Assembly (NCBI GenBank): GCA_024278615.1
Contig: JAJRSS010000254.1
Span: 1 to 45,421 of the forward strand
Reading direction: 5' to 3'
Origin: Alphaproteobacteria bacterium
GTDB lineage: Bacteria; Pseudomonadota; Alphaproteobacteria; Rhodospirillales; 2-02-FULL-58-16
DNA length: 45,421 nucleotides
The notes under the pieces are model-generated. The model was not told the DNA's origin. It worked only from the letters and a program-made list of their open reading frames with translations, and made no database searches. A program made the translations under genes and the position numbers. The number at the start of each line of letters is the position of its first letter. Position 1 is the first letter of the stretch. Below, one piece after another: positions 45,246-45,421 of this stretch.

Positions 45246-45421
45246 GTGCCAATTTCACAGAACGAAGGACGGGGGGCAATACCCCCACGGGAAGAACGCA
45301 TCCTTGACGCTTCGCCGGAAAGCATCGACAAGGCGGCGGCACTGATCAAGGCCGGCAAGCTGGTCGCCTTCCCCACGGAAACCGTTTACGGCCTGGGCGC
45401 CGACGCCACCCATGAACTGGC
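45246..45421 (+). CDS. L-threonylcarbamoyladenylate synthase (Sua5/YrdC/YwlC family), 5' part only
   Basis: The frame runs off the right edge. Translation: ...ILDASPESIDKAAALIKAGKLVAFPTETVYGLGADATHEL (YrdC-domain signature). The first in-frame start after the TGA at 45243 is the GTG at 45246. Confidence 0.8.
   Translation, partial: MPISQNEGRGAIPPREERILDASPESIDKAAALIKAGKLVAFPTETVYGLGADATHEL

Noticed and set aside
1-45421. Scan for CRISPR arrays, IS elements/transposases, integrases, prophage genes and rRNA/tRNA genes.
   Set aside because: No regularly spaced direct repeats with unique spacers were found. No DDE or tyrosine-recombinase-like ORFs were found, and no rRNA or tRNA signatures.

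Overview
This is a GC-rich chromosomal segment with alphaproteobacterial (Rhodospirillales-like) gene content and order; that assignment is an inference from the gene set. No tool was run, so all family calls come from reading motifs in the translations.

Most of the window is housekeeping: ndk, rnd, aspS, purM-purN, hdaA, holC-pepA, cysQ and an ABC-F ATPase. I found no rRNA or tRNA gene, CRISPR array, transposase or integrase.

Accessory content, left to right:
- An RND efflux pair (adaptor plus permease).
- A BigR/SqrR-type ArsR repressor with a persulfide dioxygenase-rhodanese fusion.
- A repeat-flanked CBS + hicAB islet. The 55-codon hicA is below the ORF-track length cutoff.
- A stand-alone GGDEF cyclase beside an EipB/DUF1849-like envelope protein.
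- A visibly AT-richer islet carrying a 233-aa unknown protein and a DUF3012 lipoprotein.
- A 1036-aa AsmA-family protein carrying near-identical 243-bp (81-aa) tandem repeats.

Most interesting locus: a rearranged AmmeMemoRadiSam system, whose function is unknown.
- The radical-SAM partner is on the minus strand.
- Memo and AMMECR1 are fused into one 494-aa ORF on the plus strand.
- A divergent MocR regulator / class-III aminotransferase pair sits between them.
- An isochorismatase-family hydrolase and a UPF0104 membrane protein flank the locus.

Several intergenic regions carry repeats or hairpins that the coding features do not explain. The clearest is a candidate structured RNA downstream of cysQ.

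Several ORF-track entries are 5'-extended, and I trimmed them to internal starts. Many long ORFs antisense to recognisable genes are treated as high-GC artefacts.
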